From Eledone cirrhosa (taxonomy: Eukaryota): a DNA stretch of 64,000 bases. The position numbers and the translations under genes were made by a program. Below, piece by piece: positions 40,845-54,992 of the stretch; the first letter of the stretch is position 1, and every line of letters starts with the position of its first letter. Under the pieces are notes generated by a model, which worked only from the letters and a program-made list of their open reading frames with translations, was not told the DNA's origin and searched no databases. Location: NCBI GenBank assembly GCA_964016885.1, contig OZ024747.1:69502001-69566000 (forward strand), given 5' to 3'.

Positions 40845-41096
40845 CATTATTTGTTGAACTTATTGGTAATCGATCTATAAAGGGATGATTTATATTCTAT
40901 ATATAAGTATCCTGATATATTTAAGAGCCAGTGATAGCAGATATATCTCATTAAGTAAAGATGCTCTTATAGTTTTTAGTACCTAACATTTCTGATTTAA
41001 AACTGGAATATTACTAGGATTTTCAAGGCTGACTCATTGTACGGTAGGGCACGTAACGGAAGTTAAGAAAATAAGAAAATATATTTAGAAATGCGT

Positions 41097-41314
41097 TTAA
41101 CCCCTTCGCTTTCACATTACTGTTATTGTATTTTCATAGAAAAGGCTTTATTTCTCATAATTGTCTCACATAATATCGAATCTATGCAATTTTGGTATTT
41201 ATTTTGAGAATAATACCTTAACATAAGTATGAGCGGCCGGTTACGACCAGTTTGAACAGAAAGAGGAAAGAGAATTCTGGCCGGATATGGCCGGTTTAAA
41301 TTCTAAATGGTTAA
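41097..41314. mobile_element. TTAA-flanked piggyBac-like MITE, degenerate
   Basis: TTAA-CCCCTT...AAATGG-TTAA ends; an oppositely oriented relative lies at 63296-63485. Confidence 0.6.
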
Positions 41315-42629
41315 AGTATCGAATTTAGTTTATATAAAATAGTCTTGTTCTTAAGTAAAAGAAACCATGATTCAGTGAATCGACTGAATCATTACAGCAA
41401 CGAACAAATTGCCATGTGGTATTTAGTTACTGCCCTTTAAGTTCTAAGTTTAGATTCCACCGAGATCAATTTTGCCTTTTATTCTCCTGGGCTCGATAAA
41501 ATAACGTAGCAGTCAAGTACTTGGATCGATATATATTCCCGTAATGCATCCTAGATTTTAATAGAAGAGATTATTATTTATTAACAATTTAAAATTGTCC
41601 AACATGACATAGTTCCAAGTTATACTGTATAGAAAATCTATTTTTGTTTATTTATTTTTAATGATCATGAGTCTAGAATTATGGACACTTGTACGCTTCT
41701 GAACTAAATTCTTTTCGTTATCTATTGTTTATAAAATATTTCTTAAAGAGAAAGGAAGAAAATGAAATGACAATTGAGATTCATGCGAAGAATCGAGCCA
41801 ATGATGTGATGGAGAGGATATTATTTAGCTTTAAAACAAAACTCATTCACACCTTCAACTTATAAAATGAGACTACAAGCTATCTTAGTACGAGTAACGC
41901 AACGACACAACCCATATTATTCAAGTAACAATACTGAAGGACTTGTCTTTGTTAAACAAACACTATGTTACTTTTATTTAGTGATAGGATTTCGCGATTT
42001 ATATTAGGAACGGGAATACAAGTGGACTTATCTTTGCTGCAAGAAAACGTAAGGACTTTTCCTGGTAGTGAAAATATTAAGAACCTATTGTGTTGATACA
42101 GAAGTCAGACAAAAGAGATACATATTTAAATAGAATTTAAGATCAACTCAGTAATCTAGATATGGACTATGCATCGAAAATATTTGAAAACTACTCAATA
42201 AATAAATCTCATTTTAAAAGGGATAGACCTCCTTAAATTATTTCGAATTTCTAAATGATTTCTATGGAATTATTTATTAGCCAAAGAAACAAAATAACTT
42301 CGTTCAAGCATTATTTTTTTCAAATGCGAATTTAATACATTAACATTCTCCTATTCTCACCAGCAAACTATCACGAACAAAATAGTTCCAGATTTTAGTG
42401 TCTATTCTATTGATATATTACCAGAAATGTAAACATTTGCAGTTTTGTACGCAGGATGCAGCCAAAACACCACCCCTCCCTCTCTTCTGTGACCCAAGAG
42501 TCCTTGCTTTTTCCCTCCTTTTCCTCTCATTTATGGCATTTATAGTCCTTTCCTCTACTTTCCTATACAGCCAGATCTGTCTTTCTTTACTCTTTGCCTT
42601 TTCTTGTCATTAATAATTTTTGTTTTTAT

Positions 42630-43075
42630 TCTTTTTCATATCTATGTAATAGAAAATAAAAAAGGGAAAAAATAGGGAAATATAGAAAAAAGAAAAGAGA
42701 AAGAAAAGAAAAAGAACGAGAAGGGGAGGGGGATAGCAAGAGCTCTGGTGTCACAGAAATGAGGGGAGGGTGATTGGGTTTTGGGACTAGGTCAAGAGGG
42801 CAGATCTGCTACGCCCCGCTGACAAGACGGCAAAAGCATTCCCCCGAACGATGGCCAGTGACACCCGCTGCAACAGCCACCCAACCGCGCGGGGCTCTCT
42901 CCTCAGACGGGCCGCCAACGTTCCGATCTTGCTGCAGAGGAGCTCGGCAGTGCGGGGTCCAAGTACGCCTGAGGTGTCGACGGCTACCGGTACGAAGAGG
43001 AAGCAGCCGGACAAACCTCGGTATTTGTTCATTTTATGTTCTTCTGCGAGGCGGGCTGCGATGCAGGGGTTTATG
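42630..43075 (-). mobile_element. CRE-like RLE retrotransposon 3' fragment
   Basis: AARLAEEHKMNKY..FLFVPVAVDTSGVLG..LLQRVSLAIVRGNA (stop at 42787) is a typical CRE-clade C-terminus, followed by a pyrimidine-rich 3' UTR and an A-rich end. Confidence 0.75.
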
Positions 43076-44970
43076 ACCGAAGCGACGAAGCTGATCAACT
43101 GAGATTACCAAAGTAATTACTGTACACAATCACTTCATAAAGTATAGCTTGATTTGCTGCAATGAGAGCTTAGCGCTGATTTAGTAGTATCTCTCTATAT
43201 AATATCTACTTATATTTAGGAGTACTCAGCCAGGAAATACTAACAGCTTTGGCCACAAACGTTCGATACGAACCGATAATACGGCTGTCCAGCGCTGGAC
43301 ATTGTAAAGATTCAGCCATCAGTTGTTTTATCAGTAGTAAAGCCATAGAACAAAGAGATTTTCAGAAACACTTTATTCATAATAGGTTTGGTGTAAAACC
43401 TGTGTTAAATGAAGCGAGCCTCTTGGGGATACTCAGGAGAAGATCTTTAGACGATATGTTCAGTAAGAAATTACAACAGCTATTTCATCTAAGAAAGTGG
43501 ATTCGAAGAAATGGAGCTACCAATAAACAATAGTAAATTTTACTCTGAAGTTGCCAAGGGAATAAGAAAGCAGCTGAGAAAATTTTCGATTTGAGTGCTT
43601 TTACTTTTTATACTCTGGACTGCTGAAATTTACGGACACAATATACAGCTGGATAAAATAGCATTTAGTAAGATAAATTAAATGTTTGAAGATATTGTGT
43701 ACAAAGGGGATATTAGCAGTTATGTGAATAATTACAAATGAATCAACCAAACAAAATTTTAATTTCTTATTATGGCGGACGAAGCACCACTGAAATTAGA
43801 TGCAAGCATTAATTAATTGAAACATATTAAATTTGATCCAATGCTGAAACTAAACAAATGAAATCAAATATTACCGAACAACGTTTATTAAACGAAAGCA
43901 ATTACTAATTAAATCTTACATATATGAAATAAGTAGTTAAATAAGTGAGTTTGCTTATGAATATGTCTGCATAAAAGTAAATCTAATATTCATATTAAAA
44001 ATATCAGAATTAGATCACGTGTATAGTTTCATATGAAAATATTCTCTATATCTCTGTATAATATTATTTCTGTGTTGGAATTACAATTATGTCTGCAAAG
44101 AATGAAGCACTGTCTTGAAATGTACAACGGCTACTAGGAATGTGATCTGTTGGTAGTACAATTCCATATCTATTATTTGAAATTATTACCGTTAGTGCTG
44201 AGGTGAAAAAACAACAAACCTTACAGCACCTGGTCAGACTAAGTCATAAAATGAGAACGTCTTATGGCTTGGTCTGAAGAGGAAATATAGAGGGTATGTT
44301 TCTTTCCAGTAACCTGATTAGACTTGTGGGAGGAATTGACGAATTTTATCTCAGGCCAGGGCCCTGACCCAAATTCTTGTAAAAGGGAGAACAACGCTAA
44401 AATCAGAAAAAGGCCAAATTGAAGAGGGCGACGAGTTAAATCTACAAAATTATTCTACTAAATTTTACTTATAAAGCTTTTCCCGAGCCGTCTTGAAATC
44501 AAACCAAGTTATAAAGCTCTATTCGTAACCGTATGGACATGTCAGCGTCAGAAGTTGTTTTCAAAGCGCTGCAATATATTGAGAGCGGCCAAAACGACAA
44601 ATGAAAGATACAGCATGCGTTGAAAAGGTAATGAATTCAAGTAGAAATGAAATATCTGACGTAGATTCAGCTCACTAGGATCATACAACTAGACTGCGAC
44701 TGAGCTGGATCACCGCCTTTAAGGGGTTTCAGAAGATCATATAGACACCAGCATATATTTTGTAGATTTCTTTTATCACAGGGTCATCAGACAAGTTTTT
44801 GTGTAATGACCCAGTAATAAACTGGCAAAACTCCTCAGTAACAATACTCACTATTTAGCCATTATAAAATGAATATTAAAATTCTACTTCTATATTGACT
44901 AATCCTTTTTCTCAGCCGTCAATAATAGACGGCTTGACACCGTGGTCGGGATTTTACATACATCTCTCAC

Positions 44971-45022
<52 letters not shown>

Positions 45023-46392
45023 TACTCTTTTATCTCTTCCAGCCATCCGGCTGAGGCCATGCTGGACCTATATATATATATTATTCAGTATTATAAAGAT
45101 AGATAAACACAGATATATACATATCCGTGATCAAACTATAAGGGACCAGATTCACTAGGGTGAATAGTAAACTAACTTTAAACAATACGGTCTGCCAGAC
45201 TCAATTAAAATGAAAAATTAAGAAAAACAAAGCGATTGAGATAACTATCGAACATCCAGACGGTCTTTGGTAAAACTATTTCGCATCAAGTGAAGGGAAT
45301 TTACCAATTCTTCTGCTCTTCGGTAGATGTAAAAAATTAGCAGACCCTCCACATTCTAGGTTTCTTATATATATATATGATGCTGGAATGAAATATTGAG
45401 TGACTGTCTGTGTATATGTATGTGAATTTACTTTTATGTTTACTGATAAAATCAATGCACATAATTGCGTCTGTAAAGTGCAACTTACCGATTCGATAGC
45501 AAGAAATGGATAAAATAGTTACCAGACTGTAATAAAAATGGAGAAGATGTGATCAAAGCTCTGCTCCAGCCTGGCTGTTGTATAAAGTTTTAACCAAGTA
45601 TATGATTAAAAGTATATCTAATTCCAATAACTAAGGAGAAGGATGTAGATTTAATTATATAAGTAAAAAAAATTCTGCAATTAATACTGAGGTGTGAGAT
45701 ATTTTTCCAGAAATGTGTGCCACCTAACATGCTTGAGCTCTGGAATCAATAACATAAGCTTCTTTTTCTTCTTCATCTTCGCCCACTTAATCCTGGGAGG
45801 GTCGTGGGGCAATAACATAAGCACCCAGTGGACATATTCTAACTTCACTTCAATCGACCAAAGCCCATCCGTTTAGTAAAAATATGTTTGTGTCTTTGAA
45901 CAGAAACCGTTTGTAACCAGCATTCATCAGCAAACTATTTCTCTACATTCCCTAAATGAAATAAATTTAATATAATAGATCTACTTTCTGGTTATGGTTT
46001 TTAACTCAATATGTCAGATTCGATGAGCTTTTAAATGGGAAAATTCTGTTAATAGAGAACTGTCCGATATTATTTTAAGGAATATTACTCATCAATTTCA
46101 AACATCGATTTTTCCTAATCTAATTTGCTCATGAATTCTTATCTAAGATCTTATATACACGTTGTGGTTATAGATTTTGATGTAGTCATTCATTTCTCTA
46201 ATCATGCTCTTGTAGACAGCAAAACCGTAGGTCTTGTATGATGTATTAAAAACAATTTATTTTTATACTGTAGAAATTTAAATTTCCGACTTTTGTCATT
46301 TTAATATATCCAACTACCAATTATTTGTTGAAAGTTAAATAATACTGTCTCATATTATAAGTTTCAATATAATAATAATAATAATAATAATA

Positions 46393-46533
46393 ATTGTTTC
46401 TAGTTTTGGCACAAGGCCAGCAATTACCTAGTACATTACTGGTACTTTATTTTATCGACCCCGTAAGGATGAAAGGCAAAGATAACCTCGGCGGGAAGGG
46501 ACGGAAAACATGTCCGACCCTCTACCGATACTG
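46393..46533 (-). mobile_element. SINE S1 with an internal deletion, in (TAA)n
   Basis: Same motifs as 17971-18158. Confidence 0.82.
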
Positions 46534-47601
46534 AATAATGACGATGATGGTGATGTTGATTCTAACGTGGGTAACTAAATATAGGAGTGGGGGTAGTTGT
46601 GAGTGTTGGAGAATAAACGTCAGATTCAGTTAAATGGATGAAAGGTATTTCATTTTCGCTATTAATGTAATAAACGTATTTGAATCTGGGATAATTCACT
46701 AAAGACGTACTTAAATTTATTGTGGCAACTTCATTTATCATACATCAGGATTTGAAGTCTGCCCAAATTTATTTTTAGCCAATTTTATCGAGTGCTGTAA
46801 AGTAAAAGTGTCAATCAGTAAGTTGTACAGAGAGTCTGCAATTCGATTTTTAAACCATCAATTCACTGGTGCCGCTAATAACGTGTGCTGAGAGAGCGAA
46901 GAGGGGTGTTTAAAATACTAAAAAAATCTTGTTCCTTTTCTGATTAAAAACATTAGACCATTGTACTAATTGTTTTTCCCGTTTGTAGTCAATTGATTAT
47001 TTAATTAATCAATATCATATAGTTTGAACCAAGTAACTGTAATTTCCATACCTGCTTCCATTAATACGGCTCACAGCTGAGATTTATTGAAAATAACTTG
47101 ATTCAGACGACAGTGAAGACGACAACAACGAAAGTAATGGCAATAATGATAATTTATTTTAACTAAGTGTATGGATGTTGGGTTATTGCTGTTGGTATTT
47201 TCTCTTACATTGGGGGATGCCTACTCCCAATACAACAGTTTTTTTACAGGGAGTCCCCGAATCGAATTTTCATTTTTCAATTTCAATTTCCAATTCTCTA
47301 TTCCTATCTTCCATGATATGTTTGGATTCAACATAACCCTATTATGTGATTCTATTGAAGTTGCCTGATGAGATCGCACAGTCTTGCATCATATTTGTTT
47401 GATAGAGCTGGGCATTAAAATATGTATAGTGATTTCACGGTATTAAAATTTTAAAGCATATTTTCCAATCCGGCCTTCTGTTGTCGTTTAATATATATAT
47501 ATATATACACACACACATCGAATTCCCGATAGTGATCGTAGGGGGGGCACAATTAAAAAGTTATTCAATACGTTAGTACAGTATAGGTATATATATTTTA
47601 T

Positions 47602-47697
47602 TATAGAAATGACTTCTTTGGGACCAGAACTACTTTCATTCGTAAGAAATCATCACGAATGAAACAGTTCTAGTCCTGTAAAAGTCATTTCTACAAT
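47602..47697. mobile_element. Family A palindromic micro-insertion
   Basis: TAGAAATGACTT..GGACCAGAACT..TTTCATTCG..AAATCATCA joined to CGAATGAAACAGTTCTAGTCCTGTAAAAGTCATTTCTA. Confidence 0.7.
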
Positions 47698-49056
47698 GAT
47701 ATATCTGGGCCAATATTGACCGAAAGTTATCAAAGTTATATATATTTCTATAACCGAATATATAATATGATACATGCATACTCACACACACACACACATT
47801 TATACATATGCATAACCCCCCTCCCCCCACACGTGTGTGTGTAATACCATATTACACAAACACATATATATATATTGCATATATATATATAAGTTCTTGA
47901 AATTGTTTAGTTATCCTGATGTTCCACTACAACTTCCTTATTAGTCATAGGCGTTTATTGTTGAGCTAAAGAAACAGAAACAAGAGCTAGTTAGAGGTTG
48001 TTGACAATAATATAGCATGAATAGGGAGAACTTTCTTTTGATCGGCTAACTTTTAGTTTTTCGCTGCATAACTTAATCTGATGTTTATAAAATAGAATGC
48101 GAAATAAATTCGGTAAACTTAGAAGTTATTGAAGGAATTGTGTACAAATGAACGACTCTAGTTTAAAAGGAGCCAATTGCTAAACTGCCTGGAGTTGTGT
48201 AGAGTGACAAAGACGCAATCAATAGTACAATATCGTCACATATATTGTCTGAAATTTGGATGTCTTTCTACCAAGTATCATTCAAATCTGATTGAAAGAT
48301 CCGGAAGAAGTTGTTTGAAGGAGGCCAGAAAATGGTGCCAACCACCACGGGTCTAATTTCGAGAAAATAGATTATTGTATTCATTTCATTGCAAAAGCAG
48401 CTCGTTACACTTGTTTTCTTACAAGTTTATCTTTGTCCGTTTATTGGCTTTTGTATGTTTCTCCTACAAATTCTTTCTTTTCATAAGGCAGTAAATTATT
48501 TGGATTTCAGCAAGATGTACGGAATGAGTGCAGATTTCTACGACAAATTAATTCGTACAAAACTAAATATTACCCTGCCAAATAAAATATATAAATAGCT
48601 CCTACTAGATAAACGTATGGTTTTCCTCCATTTTCCTTTTACTTTTTTAATGAATGTATTTCTTACTAAGTTCAATCAAGTAATTTATTTCAATGAATAA
48701 CTAATGATCCCGAGAAATATATAAACGTCACATATGTTTATGTCTCCCACTCTGATAAAACCTGTGATTCTGTGCTTAACTGAGGTGAATGCATAGCTGT
48801 CGAGGTAGCGAGTTCGTTTCACTACTACGTGGCTACTACGTTCGATCAGACAATGTTGAAGCTCGAGTTTAAAGATGTTAAAATTAATAGAACGGAACGG
48901 AGCGACATGACTATATGCAAAGTAAAAAACAAAAACAATAACAAAGAGTGCAGTAAAAAGTGGTGAAAGGGTGTGAGGCGTGTAGAAGAGGTGGATGGCG
49001 GGTGGGAAGAGAGGAGAGAAGGAAACAGGGGATCCGAGCCGGGAGGGCGGAAGGTG

Positions 49057-49089
<33 letters not shown>

Positions 49090-49519
49090 GAAGTGAGTGT
49101 GAGAGTTTGGGGTAGAACGGGGCTCCATGCTCGGGTAATAAGAAAACCAGTATGTACATGGGGCGGGGTGTAAGTCGGTGTGTGTGTGTGCGTGTGGCTG
49201 GAGAGAGATCGGAAGGGGGCGTGTGGAGTCCGGAGGCAGAGTAGGTGTATGTGAGGATAGCACATGTGTGTATGTTTTTGTGTGGTGTGGATACGTGGGA
49301 ATGTATGGTTGCGTGTGTGCGAAAATGGTGTAAGTGTTTGTGTGTGTGTGTTCCTAAATGTTTTTCCGGTGAGTGTGTGGACGGATGGAGAAAAAACAGG
49401 ATGTTATCGGGTAGATGTCCACATAGTGTGACCAGCGGTGTAGGGTCCGTGGAATTGGTGAGGGGGAAGTAGAAAGTTGTGGGGCGCGTGCAACAGGAAG
49501 TGGTCAAGAAGGTCAAGGC

Positions 49520-49640
49520 AAGGGGTGGAGAAAGTCGATTAAATCGACCCCAGTACTTATTGGTGCTTTATTTTATCGCCCCCTGTAAGGATGAAAGGAA
49601 AAGCTAACCTCAGCGGGATTTGAACTCAGAACGTAAAGGT
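49520..49640 (-). mobile_element. SINE S1-related
   Basis: ATCGACCCCAGTAC..TTTTATCG..AAGGATGAAAGG..GGATTTGAACTCAGAAC. Confidence 0.75.
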
Positions 49641-49756
49641 CCATAATTCTCTGCGGCCGCGAAGCAGGGTGCCCCATATAATGTAAGTGATTCAGGGTTT
49701 TATTGTTGTTGGTATCAATATGAGCACTCGATGCAGAAGCAGAGTACACACACACA

Positions 49757-49837
<81 letters not shown>

Positions 49838-49853
49838 TAAAATAACAGATTAA

Positions 49854-49904
49854 AGTTTAAGCAAAGAATCGCTGCTTTCACCCTTAACGGGATCTTCTGA
49901 AACT
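49854..49904 (-). ncRNA. Hammerhead-like motif, family C
   Basis: Reverse complement of 17645-17695. Confidence 0.7.
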
Positions 49905-50571
49905 AACAAAGTCAATCTGTAAACGCAGAAGTGGATATTTCAAAAAACATTGCAACCGGAGGAAGACAGGAAGACGATACTTTGGTTCGTGGAAACGTTC
50001 GCTGGCAAATAACGGGAAAAAACGAATAATACGTCATTAATAGGAGCGGTGAAAAACAATTACGCGCAAAGACAGAACCACGTTTATGGTATAAAAGAGG
50101 TCATAGACTAATGTTCTCTTAGGTGGTGCATAGAGACGTTCTCTGGCAATGAACGAAAAAACGAAGACAATAAGTCATATGTGGAGCGTGGAGAACAAAG
50201 CACGCAAAGACAAAACCACGTAAATGGTATAGCAGAAGTCGTAGACTAAAATTCTAACTAGGAGACCAAATGAATCTCCGCTACAGAGTTAAGAACAAAG
50301 TAAATAAATACAATACAGAAGTAATAGAAACAAATAAATACATACACGCAAACAGATACGTACATACACAAGCATACGCAAAACCTTACCATAGGTATAC
50401 AAGACCACGCACATATAAATATGTGTGTGTGTGTATGCTTGGGTACAAATAAATAAACAATTATATAAACGTATATAAGTAAATAAATACGTATATAACA
50501 AGCGCACACACATACCTACATATAAATACACGAATGTTCGGAGACGTAAGTCAACTAAAACAAGAAGTACA

Positions 50572-51611
50572 GGTTCAGAAAAGAACTCACAGCCTTCTTT
50601 AAAGGCATCAACCTCTCTATACAGGTTGAGGCCAATCTCTCGGTCGTTAATTACCTCGACGTTACACTCAATTTATTGAATGGGTTGTATTACCCGTATA
50701 GAAAGCCGAATGATACGCTTAATTACATAAGTAAGCATTCCAACCATCCTGCCAGCATAACCAAGAACCTGGTAAGAAACGTTTCGTTGAGGCTTTCCCA
50801 TCTTTCCACCAACGAGCGCATTTTCAACGTCCATTCCACTTATTACAATGAAGCTCTTGCTCGAAGTGGATTTGTCGATAAGGTAGCATATACAGAGTAC
50901 GAAAATAGACCTAGAAGAAATAGATCCCGTCGCATTTGTTGGTTTAACCCACCATATAATATGGAGGTGGTCACACCATTAGCTAAGATCTTTCTTTCCC
51001 TTTTTACGAAGCATTTTCCCCCTACACATAAATATAGTAAAATTTTTAATAGAAATACTATTAAAATTTCTTACTCTACGACTCCTAACCTTGCACATAA
51101 CATCACAGCTTCAAATTTAGCTAAACTACCTAGCCGTAGGAACACGTGCAACCCTGTAGTTAGTACTAACTGTAATTGTAGGAATCGGCCTGATTGCCCC
51201 CTATCCGGGAAATGCCTCTCTAGTAACATTGTCTACAAATGTAAGGTTGTAACACCCACGTCCCGTAGGGCCTACATAGGGTTAACCGTCAATAGAGTCA
51301 AGCAGCGTCTTTACATGCATACCCATTATTTTCGTTACCCTCTAAGAAGGAATATGACGTCACTTTCAGCTTATATCTGGAGTCTAAAAGACAACCACAC
51401 CCAATATAAGTTACACTGGGAGATCCTAGCTAGGGCTAGATCGTATAACGGAAATAAAAGACCATGTGACCTCTGCGCCGCTGAGGCCCTGGAAATATTC
51501 TACGCCACAGACCACATCTTAAACAAAAAATCTGAGGCAATTTCGGCTTGTAAACATAAATTGCACAAAACTTTCCTGTATTACAGCCCCACGTTATACC
51601 CTAACGGATAG
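50572..51611 (+). pseudogene. PLE thumb plus GIY-YIG endonuclease, open but 5'-truncated
   Basis: FRKELTAFF..NYLDVTLNL, SNHP, WFNPPYN, CNCRNRPDCPLSGKC, IVYKC..YIGLT, CDLC, LNKKSE; colinear with PLE 1. Confidence 0.92.
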
Positions 51612-52501
51612 CACGATCTATACGTGGATATTTTACGTCTTGATGTGGGAGCTAAGTATATGTTTTGTTTATTCCTTTACTTATTTGCATAGGTAAGTAT
51701 ATATTATCCGTATGTTTTGTGAAGGTATGTATACCTTCTCGTACGTACATTTGACTGGTTTGGCTATGTGTATACGGGAGTTTTGCGTCTGCGTGAGTAT
51801 GCAGGTTCGTACGTATGGTGGGTGTGTGTATATGTGTACTTCTTGTTTTAGTTGACTTACGTCTCCGAACATTCGTGTATTTATATGTAGGTATGTGTGT
51901 ACGCTTGTTATATACGTATTTATTTACTTATATACGTTTATATAATTATTTATTTATTTGTACCCAAGCATACACACACACACATATTTATATGTGCGTG
52001 GTTTTGTATACCTATGGTAAGGTTTTGCGTATGCTTGTGTATGTACGTATCTGTTTGCGTGTATGTATTTATTTGTTTCTATTACTTCTGTATTGTATTT
52101 ATTTACTTTGTTCTTAACTCTGTAGCGGAGATTCATTTGGTCTCCTAGTTAGAAGTTTAGTCTACGACTTCTGCTATACCATTTACGTGGTTTTGTCTTT
52201 GCGTGCTTTGTTCTCCACGCTCCACATATGACTTATTATCTTCGTTTTTTCGTTCATTGCCAGAGAACGTCTCTATGGACCACCTAAGATAACATTAGTC
52301 TACGACCTCTTTTATACCATAAACGTGGTTCTGTCTTTGCGCGTAATTGTTTTTCTCCGCTCCTATTAATGACGTATTATTCGTTTTTTCCCGTTCTTTG
52401 CCAGCGAACGTTTCCACGAACCAAAGTATCGTCTTCCTGTCTTCCTCCGGTTGCAACGTTTTTTGAAATATCCACTTCTGCGTTTACAGATTGACTTTGT
52501 T

Positions 52502-52552
52502 AGTTTCAGAAGATCCCGTTAAGGGTGAAAGCAGCGATTCTTTGCTTAAACT
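52502..52552 (+). ncRNA. Hammerhead-like motif, family C
   Basis: Identical to 17645-17695. Confidence 0.7.
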
Positions 52553-52658
52553 TTAATCTGTTATTTTAATAAATATTTGCTCTACGGTTCTTATATATTT
52601 GATATATATTTTCCTTATCGGGTCCTCTTTGGATTTTAATCTTCAATTTTATTATTAT

Positions 52659-52702
<44 letters not shown>

Positions 52703-52727
52703 AGATAGATAGATAAATATATATATG

Positions 52728-52760
<33 letters not shown>

Positions 52761-52783
52761 GTATAGATAGATAGATAAATATA

Positions 52784-52841
<58 letters not shown>

Positions 52842-52846
52842 TATAT

Positions 52847-52990
52847 AAATAAAGAAAAAGCGATGAAGTTTCATTTACCTGTTTTTATTGATTTTCGACC
52901 TGTTTCGTGTGGCTCACAGATGAGTGGCTCAATATGCCCTACAGATGCTGTGGACGTGATTCCAGCATCGATCTGTTCGTCAGACTTGGC
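52847..52990 (-). mobile_element. PLE-type terminus, HHR family E (GAAA decayed)
   Basis: Minus strand: CTGACGA-ACAGAT...ATCTGT-gagc-cacacg-aa-ACAGGTCG..CAATAAA..GAAACTTC, homologous to 14608-14745. Confidence 0.65.
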
Positions 52991-53955
52991 GGTTCAACAA
53001 ATATATATATATAATCTTTTCGGATTAAATGGAACACTTCTAACCAAACAACTAGGACTTTGCCTATATAATTGTGTTTTCAATGTATTTTAAATTCTGT
53101 CTTTGTTTTTCTATCTTTGATTCGACGCATCACTCGTATGATTGCCGCCTTTTTACGAAAGAAGCGTGAAGCTAGAAATGTAAATATCCGGTTGATATAC
53201 GAAACCTCAGGTTATGTGAAATTTGAAAATAATCACACATTTAAATAACTATAATAATAGTTAATCACTATAAATAATTGTAAAAATCGGGCAAATTCCC
53301 TCTGTAGATGAAAATTAATGAGCAAAGACCATTGCGTTTTGATAATATTTTAATTCTTTAATGTGATTTATATTCTCTTAAATCATGTAATACCTACAGT
53401 TTGAAAATATATATATTAGTTATGACCGTAAATATGCTATGCAAGAACTAAATTATATTTAATCTAGACTATCTTTTAAATAGATTTCCCAATATTGTAC
53501 TACTATCTGCATACGGATTAACGCATCCCTCCCTTCATAGTATATCTGTTATGAATTAAACCGATATACTGTAAAGAATAGGAAAAAGGATATATAATTC
53601 AACGTGATCCGTCAGTGTTTCTACGGTATATTGATTCTGTTTAATCCTATAGCCTTGATCTTACATTGTTAGCATCAGGGATTGTAGGCATAAAGGATTA
53701 TAAAAGTCTCATTATTTTACTAATGAAGAAAACAAGCCCGTGTTGTTATGGCTTTTGTCGGAACAAAATTCCAGGTTTATTGGTTTGTTCTTCAAAATAA
53801 CTGTTCTAATTGTCTTCAGTTGATTACACTGATTGGGCATTAGCTAGATTGCTTTCATCGTTCCTTTGTGCTATGCTTCATTGGTACTAAGAACAAACCG
53901 GTATTTTGAAACAAGCTTTTAACGTTATATAAGTAAATCAAGATTATATATATAT

Positions 53956-53997
53956 CGAAACGGTCGGAGCTGAGCCGTCGGGGTCCTGACTCTTTTC
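53956..53997 (+). mobile_element. 42-bp family D HHR 3' half embedded in (TA)n
   Basis: GAAA-CGGT..GCCG-TC-GGGGTCCTGACTCTTTTC. Confidence 0.7.
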
Positions 53998-54846
53998 ATA
54001 TATATATATATATATATACATATATATACACACACACACATATATATATGTGTGTGAATTTCGTCATGTATTGTACGATTTAAATGTCTTGTATTTAATT
54101 TTATACATGTAAGTTTTTCTTTTTCGCCTTAATACTCCAAGGACAATGTCTATTTTGTCAGATACTGGGGGACCAGCAGTAGACATCGAAAATGTGTACG
54201 TTCATGCCCACCGAATCTTTTATTTGTTGACAATATTATACGATCACTCTGAACGCAAGCGCCCCCTCCTCTTCTTTTGTCATGTGTATATACATATATT
54301 TTATTATGTGTGGCTTTGGGTAAAAGAAAATACAAGAGGATCAGTTAATTATGATTTTATTTATGCGCAATAACAACAAACACATATAAACACACCCTAG
54401 CAAACTAAGATAGAATACAATAACCAAAACAGTCACCCAAACACGAACATACACACGCAAACGCATGCGCAGAGAAGAAGACAAAAATAAATAAATAAAT
54501 AAACAGATAAATTAAAAATGGTGGAGACATTCAATACAACAGGAGGAACATAATAGTACCACTGATGATGTTGCAGATGTGCAACGAAAGAACTTCGTTA
54601 GACTATATATATATGTGTTTATATCTGTATTTTTGACCGTTGGTCAGTCAATGATAAATATTGAGGACGAAATGAATTAACTGTGGAGATATAAAAGATA
54701 CAGAAGCGAAAACCAACCAAACAGTGAGTGTATTCTGTTATTATTTCTGGCAATATTACAACAATATGACCCTCCCCAAGTATAACAATATTTGTTTTGA
54801 CACACGATTTCATATAAAAAACCTCACAAAACAAATTCATCGACGT

Positions 54847-54878
<32 letters not shown>

Positions 54879-54904
54879 TAGATAGACATATATACATACA
54901 TATA

Positions 54905-54938
<34 letters not shown>

Positions 54939-54945
54939 TAGATAG

Positions 54946-54992
<47 letters not shown>

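Larger units (their letters stand above)
49831..52662 (+). mobile_element. Penelope-like element 2 with a ~740-bp inverted terminal arm (49831-50571), truncated ORF and 3' region
   Basis: 49831-50571 is the reverse complement of about 51835-52575. The ORF remnant runs 50572-51611, and (TA)n lies on both flanks. Confidence 0.95.

Noticed and set aside
43249-43533. 94-aa ORF
   Set aside because: Non-ATG start, no recognisable motif, no clear splice signals.
47361-47392. CTGATGAG motif
   Set aside because: No downstream GAAA or closing stems.
48760-49515. Element-like block with minus-strand CTGATCGA...GAAACGA
   Set aside because: Stem II is a direct repeat rather than a hairpin and no protein motif was recognised; left unclassified.
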